From assembly GCA_963691875.1 (NCBI GenBank), contig OY829846.1, positions 3,136,001 to 3,200,000 on the forward strand: a DNA stretch of 64,000 bases, given 5' to 3'. The position numbers and the translations under genes were made by a program. Below, piece after piece: positions 1-9,336 of this stretch. The first letter of the stretch is position 1, and the number at the start of each line of letters is the position of its first letter. Source of the stretch: Aureliella sp. Its GTDB lineage: Bacteria; Planctomycetota; Planctomycetia; Pirellulales; Pirellulaceae. Under the pieces are notes generated by a model. That model was not told the DNA's origin. It saw only the letters and a program-made list of their open reading frames with translations, and did not search any database.

Positions 1-154
1 CTGATCTGCGGCTGGAGCGGATTCTGCGTGCGCGGCTTTGCGTTGCTGAAACAATTGGACAGCCCTATACTTAACGCCGCAGTGTGGATTTTGAGAAGAC
101 AGAGCTCGGCTCTCACAAGCCCTGCAGCTCGAGCCCATTGGTGGGGGTAATTAC

Positions 155-1867
155 TTGTCTGGCTCCAACAAGTTGTTGTGGATTCGACCTGAAGAATCGA
201 ATGGGGATACCACCTTGGCAAGCTTGGTTTCCGAAAGCCAAGAACTCGAGGTCGTCACCAATTTGGCCGAAGCGATTCGCAAGTTAAGCCGGAACCGGTT
301 TGAAGGTGTATTCTTTGGACATCCTGGCGACCCTTGGTCCGACGTCATCCGGCTCTTTCAAAACGAGCATATTCTAAATGGACTCAAGGATGGTGTCGTG
401 TTGGTCGATGCGGAAATGCGCATCTCATGGGCCAACGAGTGCTTCAGAAACTGGTCGCATAGCGAATCCCCCGTGGACCAGCATTTCTATACTGCCTTAG
501 GCAAGTCTGAGATTCTTGGCCCCAACTTCTGCCCTTTCAATACTTCTCTAGCCACCGGCACGCCGAGCTGTAGCAGTCTGATTACGGATCAGAATCGATA
601 TTTTCAGATTCATGTCGCCCCTCTGATGACCGCAGCAAGCGAAGAAGCATCGCTAGTGGCGACGATGACTGACATCACAGGTGAGATGTTGCAGCAGCAG
701 AAGTTGGCCGCCATCCATCAAGCAGGTCGACAGCTTACGGACCTGAAGCCAGACGAAATCTTCGCCATGGATACTCAGGCGCGGATCGATCTTCTAAAAG
801 ACAACATTCGACATTACACCGAAGACTTGCTGGACGTGAGTGTCCTGGAAATTCGCCTACTTGAGCAGTCGAGTCAGAACTTGATGCCCCTTCTAAGTGT
901 GGGCATCAACCAAGAAGCTGAGAACCGAACGCTTTTCGCACTTCCCAAAGACAACGGTGTCACTGGATACGTTGCCGCAACGGGTAAGAGCTATTTGTGC
1001 GAAGACGCGAGCAAGGATCCGCTTTACCTGGAAGCTATCGATGGTGCAGGCAGTTCGTTGACTGTTCCGCTGATGCTGCACGATCTGGTCATCGGTACCA
1101 TCAACGTGGAGAGCTCCAAGGTGGGAGCCTTCGATGCGGATGACATGCAATTCCTAGAGATCTTTTCGCGTGATGTAGCGGTAGCCCTAAATACTCTTGA
1201 GCTGCTTGTCGCCCAAAAGAACAATGCTGCACAGCAAAGTTTTGAGGCGATACACCGTGCAGTTGCATTGCCGATCGATCGTATTCTCAATGATGCCGTC
1301 AATACTATTGAAAATAACATTGGTCGCGACCCGAGAGTGGTCGAAGGCTTACAGCGCATCTTGCAGAACGCGCGCGACATCCGCACCGTGATTCAATCCA
1401 TTGGGCAACGCATGGCCCCAGCAGAGGCCATTCCCGCAGGCTGTACGGAACAGCTCCATGAAAAGCTGAGAGGGCGCCGAGTTCTGGTCGTTGACTCTGA
1501 GGGCTCGGTGCTCAACGACGCTCACACGCTATTGGAAAAGTTTGGCTGCATCGTCGAAGCAGCTCATTGCGGCGATGAAGCCGTAAATATGTTCCGCAAC
1601 AGTCGGTTAGAAGCTAGCTACGACGCGGTTATTTCCGCTGTGCATTTGCCTGACTACAGCGGCTATCAATTGATGTTGCGACTTTTAAAAGTAACAGACA
1701 TTGTCCCGATGGCACTGATGCAAGGATTTGGCTGGGATCCCGGACACTCCATCGTCAAGGCTCGTGAGGCGGGTCTGCATCCGAAGGCGATCCTATACAA
1801 GCCTCTCAAGCTAGCCCAGTTGCTGAGTGTCGTCGAGTTACTCATCGACGAGAAGACTACTTCATGA
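155..1867 (+). CDS. PAS/GAF/receiver-domain signalling protein (no kinase core)
   Basis: 570 aa; PAS-like segment (DGVVLVDAEMRISWAN), GAF (GVTGYVAATGKSY...SSLTVPL...IGTINVES...F), C-terminal receiver-like domain (RVLVVDS...ILYKP). Confidence 0.8.
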   Translation: MSGSNKLLWIRPEESNGDTTLASLVSESQELEVVTNLAEAIRKLSRNRFEGVFFGHPGDPWSDVIRLFQNEHILNGLKDGVVLVDAEMRISWANECFRNWSHSESPVDQHFYTALGKSEILGPNFCPFNTSLATGTPSCSSLITDQNRYFQIHVAPLMTAASEEASLVATMTDITGEMLQQQKLAAIHQAGRQLTDLKPDEIFAMDTQARIDLLKDNIRHYTEDLLDVSVLEIRLLEQSSQNLMPLLSVGINQEAENRTLFALPKDNGVTGYVAATGKSYLCEDASKDPLYLEAIDGAGSSLTVPLMLHDLVIGTINVESSKVGAFDADDMQFLEIFSRDVAVALNTLELLVAQKNNAAQQSFEAIHRAVALPIDRILNDAVNTIENNIGRDPRVVEGLQRILQNARDIRTVIQSIGQRMAPAEAIPAGCTEQLHEKLRGRRVLVVDSEGSVLNDAHTLLEKFGCIVEAAHCGDEAVNMFRNSRLEASYDAVISAVHLPDYSGYQLMLRLLKVTDIVPMALMQGFGWDPGHSIVKAREAGLHPKAILYKPLKLAQLLSVVELLIDEKTTS

Positions 1868-1887
1868 GTGCTTGGTTCTAAGCTGCA

Positions 1888-3081
1888 ATGCCCATGCCCT
1901 GGTTCATTCTTTTTGTCGCCCTTTTCGGCAACTGCGGATTCTGGCTGTTCTGGTTCAACCGTGTCAACGCCACTGGAATTCGACGTCCGATTACCAAGGC
2001 GATTGAGAAGCTCATCGTATTCGTCTGCTTCTTGATTCCAGCCCTCATCTTCGCCGCAGAAGGAAACGCAATAACAATTTGGCTCAATCTAATCGACGGC
2101 AGTCTAATTCTACCTGATGCACCCATAGCCACTTACTACGGCGGATTCTGCGTTATCAGCTTTTGTGTGTTAGGCGCTCTTTGGGTCGAGTCGCGTCGTT
2201 CCCTGATGCCTCCCAAGCAATTGATTTCGGAAACGACTGAACTCCACGATGTGCATGCAGTAGTGGGGACTCCAGCGAACAAGGCCACGTCCTGGCTAAT
2301 CCAAGTTCCGGGTAACCAGATCGGTCAACTGAGTGTGACTCGCAAAGAGTTTGCTTTGCCTCGCGCCATTCCTGAGCTGGAAGGATTTCGGATTGCACAC
2401 ATTTCAGACATTCATCTGACAGGTCAGTATCAGTTTACGCACCACGAATTTGTTCTTGATCGCCTGATGGAGCTAGAAGCAGACACCATTCTCATCTCTG
2501 GGGACCTGATTGATCACTATCACTGCCTGTCTCAGTTGGATCAACTGATTGAATCTATGCATGCCAAGTATGGCGTCTATTTCGTCTTCGGAAATCATGA
2601 TCTTCGTTTGAAGGACATGGTAATGCTTTCGCAGCGCATCACAGGTAAGGGAGCGATCGATCTAGGGCTAGAAAATCGCAGCTTCGCCGTAGGTGACGCG
2701 ATTGTTACCTTGTTCGGCAATGAAAGGCCATGGCTCGAAAGACGCTCTGCCGAACAAATTGCAGCTCAACAGGAGGCTGTGGCACCCGATGAAAACCACT
2801 TTCGAATTGGCGTCAGCCACACTCCCGACCAATTCAATTGGGCTCGTCGTTGTCATTGCGACTTGCTTTTTGCGGGTCACACGCACGGCGGGCAAATGCG
2901 GCTACCTGTTCTAGGCTCGTTGCTCTCGCCAAGTCTTTACGGAAGCCGCTACTCGTCAGGTGTTTTCTATCGCCTTCCAACGTTAATGCATGTTTCCCGA
3001 GGAGTTGCAGGAACTCATCCGCTGCGTTGGTTCTGTCCGCCGGAGATCAGTCTCATCACGCTGCGTTGCACCAATTCTTGA
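1888..3081 (+). CDS. membrane-anchored metallophosphoesterase (YkuE/YaeI-like, calcineurin-like)
   Basis: N-terminal TM helices; motifs SDIH, GDLID, GNHD, SHTP, GHTHGGQ, VSRG. Confidence 0.9.
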   Translation: MPMPWFILFVALFGNCGFWLFWFNRVNATGIRRPITKAIEKLIVFVCFLIPALIFAAEGNAITIWLNLIDGSLILPDAPIATYYGGFCVISFCVLGALWVESRRSLMPPKQLISETTELHDVHAVVGTPANKATSWLIQVPGNQIGQLSVTRKEFALPRAIPELEGFRIAHISDIHLTGQYQFTHHEFVLDRLMELEADTILISGDLIDHYHCLSQLDQLIESMHAKYGVYFVFGNHDLRLKDMVMLSQRITGKGAIDLGLENRSFAVGDAIVTLFGNERPWLERRSAEQIAAQQEAVAPDENHFRIGVSHTPDQFNWARRCHCDLLFAGHTHGGQMRLPVLGSLLSPSLYGSRYSSGVFYRLPTLMHVSRGVAGTHPLRWFCPPEISLITLRCTNS

Positions 3082-3110
3082 GACTTGGCTTGCGAGAATA
3101 TCTAACCGGC

Positions 3111-4856
3111 CTAACGATGTGCCTTTTGGAGTTTGTTTTGCGTTCTTTTCCAACCGTGGGCCAAGTCGTTTAGTTCGGTTGTCATCCGATTCGATTCAGC
3201 TGGCGTCCACTGGTAGTCCCCAGGTGTACGCTGGTAGTTTTCGGATGGACGCCGGAGTTTGCTTTGGGCACCGTCGGCTCGACGCAAGCGACCGTGAGTT
3301 CGCAGCAATGACTCACTGTAAAGATGCCCGAAGTCGGATTGCAAGTCATCGAGCAAAGGAATCTCATCTTCAAAACCACGTCCGGCGACCTCGTAAAGCT
3401 CCTCGGCAATTGCTGGGACTTGCTGCATCTTGGCGAAGCTATCTTGCTCTACCGCGAGTGGTTCAGAACTCGCGAGGTGCAAGAACCTGAGCTGTGGAGC
3501 TTCGTAGTAGCTCCGTAGCTCCTCTGAAAGCGACCTCAGCTTTCGATAGGTCGCTTGTGGGTCCGTTGTAAAGCAGAGCCATCGGTCGACGCTGGCGCGA
3601 TGCAAGTACTCATTCGAGCTCGCACTCAGATGCAAACGCTGGTCAGCCTCTGCGGGGTCAAGTGCTGATCCAATACGAAGGCCAAATGCACTGCACTGCA
3701 CTGCTGGCCCTTCGATCCGCTCATCGGCCTGTCGCATGAGCCAACCACGCAATGACAGCCGTAGATTGTCGACTGGGATTGCAAGTGTAAAACGTGTTCC
3801 GCGAGGCTCGAGGTGCCCTGCCGAGATGGCCCCACCAAAGCCCTCGACAAGTTGCCGACAGGTGTTGAGTCCGATACCGGCTTTGCGACTCGATCCATGT
3901 GGCGGCTCGTCAGCATAGGTTTGGCTGTTGATGATACTCATCAAGCTACTGTCCAGACCGCTTCCCTGGTCTTCAACATGCACCAGCAGCCGCGTTCCAG
4001 GGGCACGGGACTGCTCTGCTCGAATGGTAATCTGACTTCCCATCGGGCTTGCCTGGATCGCGTTGGTCACCAGGTTCAATAGAACACGAGAAGCGTGATT
4101 CACGTCCAAATAGACCCGCGGTAATGAGCGTTCCCAGCCGATCCACAGTAGTCGCACGCTGTGGTCCTTCGCGACGGCATCCAACAGAGGCAGCATGAGC
4201 ATTTGCCACTGCTTCGGATAGAATCGCTTTTTGATAGCGATTGCCGAAAGCTGCTCGAGACGTCGGTCAACCAGGATGCCAGCTGCCCAATTGCTGGCCT
4301 GAGCCAGACGTTGGTTGGCAATATCGAGCATGTTGAGTTCGGCATTGGTAACGCCTCCCAAGCCTCTAGCCCGCTCCGAAACCGTGGAAATGAGCTGGCT
4401 CGCCGCAGCAATTGGAGACCGTAAATCATGCGCCGCCTCTGAGATCAGTCTGCGGTACCGTTCTTTGAAGTTTGGTGCTGCGCTGAACTGGGGCCGATAA
4501 ACCTGAGAGAGTCTTTGCCGGTGTAAAACGCTGCTCTCTTGATAGATGCTGTCGTCGTGATCCACAGGCTCGACCAGGTGTACCTTGCCTTCCGAATGCG
4601 CCTCCCCGTACACAGCAACTTCGGTTGATGTTGACCAAACCGATTGAGAGGGAGCGATCTGAAACCCAGGCTTGTCGAAACGCAGGTAATCGGCGTCTTG
4701 CGAACTGTCGATTTGAGTCGATCCCAGTGATGAGCTTACATCAGTGGAACTCGCCGTGGCGCATATCTGCCAGTGACTTTGCGCCTCAAAGATGGCATTA
4801 GTCTCGGGCGATCGCAGCTGTGCAAACTGAATGTTGGAGGATGGGTAGGCGAGCAT
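3111..4856 (-). CDS. cytoplasmic sensor histidine kinase
   Basis: H-box AAHDLRSPI, N-box VLLNLVTNAIQA, G1 VEDQGSG, G2 GIGL; no obvious TM segment; exact start uncertain. Confidence 0.85.
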   Translation of the reverse strand: MLAYPSSNIQFAQLRSPETNAIFEAQSHWQICATASSTDVSSSLGSTQIDSSQDADYLRFDKPGFQIAPSQSVWSTSTEVAVYGEAHSEGKVHLVEPVDHDDSIYQESSVLHRQRLSQVYRPQFSAAPNFKERYRRLISEAAHDLRSPIAAASQLISTVSERARGLGGVTNAELNMLDIANQRLAQASNWAAGILVDRRLEQLSAIAIKKRFYPKQWQMLMLPLLDAVAKDHSVRLLWIGWERSLPRVYLDVNHASRVLLNLVTNAIQASPMGSQITIRAEQSRAPGTRLLVHVEDQGSGLDSSLMSIINSQTYADEPPHGSSRKAGIGLNTCRQLVEGFGGAISAGHLEPRGTRFTLAIPVDNLRLSLRGWLMRQADERIEGPAVQCSAFGLRIGSALDPAEADQRLHLSASSNEYLHRASVDRWLCFTTDPQATYRKLRSLSEELRSYYEAPQLRFLHLASSEPLAVEQDSFAKMQQVPAIAEELYEVAGRGFEDEIPLLDDLQSDFGHLYSESLLRTHGRLRRADGAQSKLRRPSENYQRTPGDYQWTPAESNRMTTELNDLAHGWKRTQNKLQKAHR

Positions 4857-5705
4857 GACAACTTCCTTGCAAGACAGACAGCACTCAACGGAACTATCGG
4901 CATCCGCGCACGGTTGAAGATAGGGGATATGGATAATGCTCGCTGTTTGTCCCGAAGCTGATGGAAACTCAGGATTGTGTTGGTTATTCCGTTTTCTCTC
5001 GTACCTGACTTATTCATGAGCATAATACAACCGACCGGGGCAGCGTTGGCTCAAGGCGAGATCATGTCGCGCGCTAAAAACAAATAGGGCAAGAGCTCAC
5101 GAGAGAAGAGCTCTGATTTCTGCTGGTCAAAACGACCGCTAGTCCGCGGCTACACTTTGCCATTCACTCGGCAGGACCGATCCTCGCTACCGCTAGCTAG
5201 AACGTCGACACGCCGCAACAATCAGTAGATTAGCGTGGAACTGTTTGCGTTCTCCTGGCTATCCAGAACGCGTCGTACCGTTGTCTGGATATCCTAAATA
5301 CTTGCCATCACCCGTAGGTAGAAATACTCTTTGCCTCGCCACCATGATGCTCATCGCGCCCCGGCCCATGTCGACCGTGCTTCTCAGCTTAGCTTTCCTT
5401 GTTGCTCACTTTTCTCCCAGTTGATCCACACAGCCTAGTCCACATTGCATTCAAATGTAATGGGACCATTTACAAGTCTAGGGGCGATTCAGATTTCCAG
5501 ACTAGCTGAACCTGACCACTTCGCTCACGCGATGGATCTCTCGCAACAACCGCGTCTAGCCCCAACGCGGCTGAGACACAAAAGAATCTCACAGTTTTTT
5601 TTCCCCCTGCTGGAGCCCCCACCAAAGCTTTGTCAGGAAAAAGGACTAACCTGTAGAGCACCAGCCTTCCAACATCTTTTTCTGAGCCCCACCAGGGGCA
5701 AGACA

Positions 5706-7151
5706 ATGCAGAGGAAACAAATGCGAAACGCCCTGTTCTTGCTGGTCCTACTGACCTGCAGCCAGATTCTTGAGGCCGATTCTTCACGTCAAATCCGTGC
5801 TGCCACAAAGCCCAACATCATCCTTGTCATGGCGGACGATCAGGGTTGGGGTGACACGGGCTACAACGGACATCCTTTTGTGCAGACTCCTGAGATGGAC
5901 GCGATGGCCAGGGCAGGGTTCGTGCTTGATCGCTTCTATGCCGCGGCACCCGTCTGCTCTCCGACCCGGGCAAGTGTGATGACAGGTCGCAATCCGATTC
6001 GAACCAAAGTCACCAACCACGGTCGTTACATGAGGCCGCATGAGCAGACGATCGCTGAATCACTAAAAGCTGCAGATTATGCCACTGGGATCTTTGGCAA
6101 GGTGCATTTGGGCTCAGGTCAGCCTGAGTCACCCTGTAACCCGTCAGGTATGGGATTCGACGAGTGGGTGGTTGGGCTGAACTTTTTCGACAATGATCCC
6201 TACCTGAGTCGCAATGGAAGAATCGAACATCGAAAAGGCAAAGGCTCGGTGATTGCAATGGACGATGCTTTAGCGTTCTTGAACAAGCATCAAAGAAGCG
6301 AAAAGCCAATCTTTATGGTTGTCTGGTTTCCCTCGCCGCATGATCCGCACCAAGAAATTCCCGATGGTAAGTCGCTGTACGATGAGCGGAAACAAGCGGG
6401 TTATTACCGCGAGATCACTCTGCTCGATCAACAGCTAGGGCGTCTACGCCGAGAACTGCGAAGACTGGATATGGCAGAGAACACCATCCTTTGGTACTGC
6501 AGCGACAATGGAGGACTAAACGAGGCAACCTCAGGCGGACGCAAGCGAAAAGGCAGCATCTATGAAGGAGGTCTTCGCGTCCCTGGAATCATCGAGTGGC
6601 CGGCAGAGAAGCTAAGAGGAAGGACATCCATTCCAACATGGACCTGTGACATCTATCCCACAGTTCTCGCGATGGCTGGAATCGGCTTAGAGCCCGAACA
6701 CCTTTTGGACGGCATCGACATCACTGACATTGTCACTGGCAAGGCAACGATGCGCAGCAAACCGATGGGCTTCTGGCACTTGTTTCAACAAGGACAATCC
6801 ACTTGGAGCGATCGTATTCAAAAGGCGATCATGGAAAAACAAATCGCCGGGGCAGAATTACCCCACGATGCACCTAGAATACAGAAAGACGTTGCGGAGT
6901 TCCCCCAATTTGATGAAGGCAGCGCCAAAGGTCACGCTGCTTGGAATGCCTGGCCTTGGAAACTACACCGCATTAACGGCACGAAGTACGAACTCTACAA
7001 TCTGGCCGATGACCCCATGGAGTCAAAGGATCTGTCGAACGAGACAGACCAGCGGGCTCGAGTCACCCGAATGAAGCAAGAACTAAACAACTGGATGCGT
7101 TCCGTCATGCGAAGCCTCAATGGCAACGATTACCGGCAGCTGGCACTGTGA
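5706..7151 (+). CDS. secreted sulfatase (arylsulfatase A family)
   Basis: PNIILVMADDQG, formylglycine motif CSPTR, GKVHLG, SDNG, YEGG.RVP; start moved to ATG 5706 (MQRKQ...) ahead of a signal-like segment; the ORF track start at 5445 looks over-extended. Confidence 0.9.
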   Translation: MQRKQMRNALFLLVLLTCSQILEADSSRQIRAATKPNIILVMADDQGWGDTGYNGHPFVQTPEMDAMARAGFVLDRFYAAAPVCSPTRASVMTGRNPIRTKVTNHGRYMRPHEQTIAESLKAADYATGIFGKVHLGSGQPESPCNPSGMGFDEWVVGLNFFDNDPYLSRNGRIEHRKGKGSVIAMDDALAFLNKHQRSEKPIFMVVWFPSPHDPHQEIPDGKSLYDERKQAGYYREITLLDQQLGRLRRELRRLDMAENTILWYCSDNGGLNEATSGGRKRKGSIYEGGLRVPGIIEWPAEKLRGRTSIPTWTCDIYPTVLAMAGIGLEPEHLLDGIDITDIVTGKATMRSKPMGFWHLFQQGQSTWSDRIQKAIMEKQIAGAELPHDAPRIQKDVAEFPQFDEGSAKGHAAWNAWPWKLHRINGTKYELYNLADDPMESKDLSNETDQRARVTRMKQELNNWMRSVMRSLNGNDYRQLAL

Positions 7152-7225
7152 AGACAACGACGCAATCTTGGTTTTGGGGCGAGTTTATCTCAGCGACACG
7201 CGAACCTGGGGGCTTTGTCTATGCC

Positions 7226-7790
7226 CTAGTCATCTAACTTTGTAGTCGCTGACTTGATCCGTTTGGCAGTCCCGGTCATGAAGTCGCCCCAATATCTTAT
7301 CCGCTCTTTTGACCACATAGGCATCGTGTTACCTGGTTGGCTTGTTGGGATCTTGCATGTCAGGGCCATCCGCTTCGAGAACCAATTTCTTGCCGTTCTC
7401 TTCGACGGCAAGGAAAGACTTCACATGAATCCGTTGGTGCTGTCCCCCACGTGCCAACGTATTTCTTTGTTTTTTCGTCATAGCCAACGATGTGGATGCC
7501 TGGAAAGGCCAGCCCTCTCATCTTGGACTCCATCCTCTTGATCAACCAGTAGCCTCCGAGACTCTTGAAAGTCAGAGTGTCCTTATTTTCGATGGGCGGT
7601 TGTCCCGGGCCCGTGACTCCTGAGCTAGACAACCTCCATTTGCCTTCAAACTTGGCCAGCCATTTGTGCTCTTTGCTTGGCTTTGGCGTTTCAGTCAACT
7701 CCTGGGCTTGGGCTTCCCTGGTAGCTGGCCCACGACTTGGCGAAAAGCCCCAATGCCAACTGAACTGTTCGACGTTCGGCAAAAGTTGGG
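7226..7790 (-). pseudogene. degraded DUF1579-family gene
   Basis: Family-like segments lie in different frames: PKPSKEHKWLAKFEGKW...LGGYWL...IVGYDEKTKKYVGTW / DSTNGFM* / VEENGKKLVLEADGPDMQDPNKPTR*HDAY / WGDFMTGTAKRIK; multiple frameshifts and stops; 5' boundary approximate. Confidence 0.7.
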
Positions 7791-7994
7791 ACCGAACTGG
7801 GAACCGACTTCTGTACCCGGAACGTCGCCTTGGCTCGCGACTCCTGTTTCTGTTGCCCCTGCACCTGATTTGCCTCGCCTGCCTGCTGAACCGCATCTGC
7901 CCAGGGTAGCTGGGCCAGCTATTCCACCGGCGGCTACCAGCCCGTTTGAAAAACGCAGCCGGTAGGCTGGAGAACAACATCGGTCAAAAAGCGA

Positions 7995-8021
7995 AAAGCC
8001 AGCTCCAAAGGAGCTGGCTTT
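7995..8021. terminator. intrinsic terminator hairpin (better U-tract on minus strand)
   Basis: AAAGCCAGCTCC-AAA-GGAGCTGGCTTT; the minus strand runs on into ...TTTTCGCTTTTT. Confidence 0.7.
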
Positions 8022-8373
8022 CTTCGTTACATTTCACTTCTTGTGAGAATGCAACGCTGCGTGGGGGGCAGAACTAAACGGGTAGTAGGATCCGAGGCGG
8101 GGACAGCAGTTGGAGGCTAACTGAGGTTACACTGAAGTGGTGAAACCCCAAGCCCAATTGCGAGGGCAGCGAGCATCAGATACTTCAATATATTCATGGC
8201 TGAGATTCTACCGGGACAATTCAGTGAGGAGGCAGCCGGGGCTGTCACCTCCTAAATTAATCCGACTTCCGAAGCACGAAAGGTACTTCGGGAATCAATT
8301 TGCGGGAGAGTGAATCCGGGGCCCTTGCACTTGCGACAGTCGATAAAACCGGCATCGAGCCCGAGTGGATTAC

Positions 8374-9315
8374 TTACTTGGATTGCAGTTGCTTCCAGAC
8401 TTCTTGCAGGCCGTTAAGATTCTGCTGAAGACTTTCTCGTGCGTCAAGCTCGTTGCGGTGGTCGAGAATTCCGATCGGGCCTTGATAGTTCACATCTAGA
8501 ATCCACTGCAAGATTTTCTGATCGAGCTTACCTTCAACCAGTGGCAAAATCTTCGGACCTCCAACCGTCATACCGTTTAGGTTGAGGCACATCAGGTAGG
8601 GACTCATAGACTTCAGCGCCCCGGGGAACTCAGCAAGATCCTCGTGGGCATGGTGGAAATTATAAACTAGCCCAACGTTCTTTAGATCCTTTAATTCCTG
8701 CATAATTGCTACCAGCGTTGATGGCTTCCCTGGCCAATCGCCGTGGTTGTAGAGACCGACGCTGCAGTCTAACTCAGCAGCAGCCTGAGCCAAGTCTCGC
8801 ACTGCATTGCTCGCCGCATTTAAACGCTCTTTGGGATCTTCGATTCGATCCAGGGCACCAGTAGGCAGCATGAACCAGAGTTGAGTCCGCACCTTGTTCT
8901 TTTTCAAAAATTCAAGGATCCGGATGTTACCAGGATGCTTAGAAGGCTCTAAAGAACTGGAGCACCAGAACGCTGTAAGCTCGACGCCTGCTCCCTGAAG
9001 GGCTTTTAGTTCGGAGTCCCATGTTGGCACATGCTCTTCACGCCAGTCGTAAGCAAGTTTCTTTAAGCCCAGCTCTTGTAGCATTTTCGCTCTTGCTTCC
9101 GGCCCGCGCTTCTTGGCATCGAAGGGAACGATGCACCATGCAACCAGATTTTCGGTGCGAAGGTTTACGGGCAGCTCCTGTGCCACTGCCTTCCGAAAAC
9201 ACTGGTGAGTGAAGCAAACAAGTAAGCCAAACATAAGCCCGAATATTCGCTGAAGGATCACTTTGAAGCACCTTAGATTTTGTGAAGGGAAGGCCGGACG
9301 ACTTGTAACTGGCAC
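8374..9315 (-). CDS. sugar-phosphate isomerase/epimerase-like TIM-barrel protein, probably secreted
   Basis: NLVAWCIVPFD...AYDWR, LYNHG.W, VYNFHH.H, LNLNGM, GILDH motifs; true start probably downstream (MFGLLVC...). Confidence 0.7.
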   Translation of the reverse strand: MPVTSRPAFPSQNLRCFKVILQRIFGLMFGLLVCFTHQCFRKAVAQELPVNLRTENLVAWCIVPFDAKKRGPEARAKMLQELGLKKLAYDWREEHVPTWDSELKALQGAGVELTAFWCSSSLEPSKHPGNIRILEFLKKNKVRTQLWFMLPTGALDRIEDPKERLNAASNAVRDLAQAAAELDCSVGLYNHGDWPGKPSTLVAIMQELKDLKNVGLVYNFHHAHEDLAEFPGALKSMSPYLMCLNLNGMTVGGPKILPLVEGKLDQKILQWILDVNYQGPIGILDHRNELDARESLQQNLNGLQEVWKQLQSK

Positions 9316-9336
9316 TGCAGCTGTATTCTTGAAAGT

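Noticed and set aside
5445..5705. N-terminal extension of the sulfatase (similar over-extensions at 11274, 18532, 29567, 47770, 54330)
   Set aside because: Downstream ATGs with RBS or signal peptide fit the families better; the extensions look non-coding.
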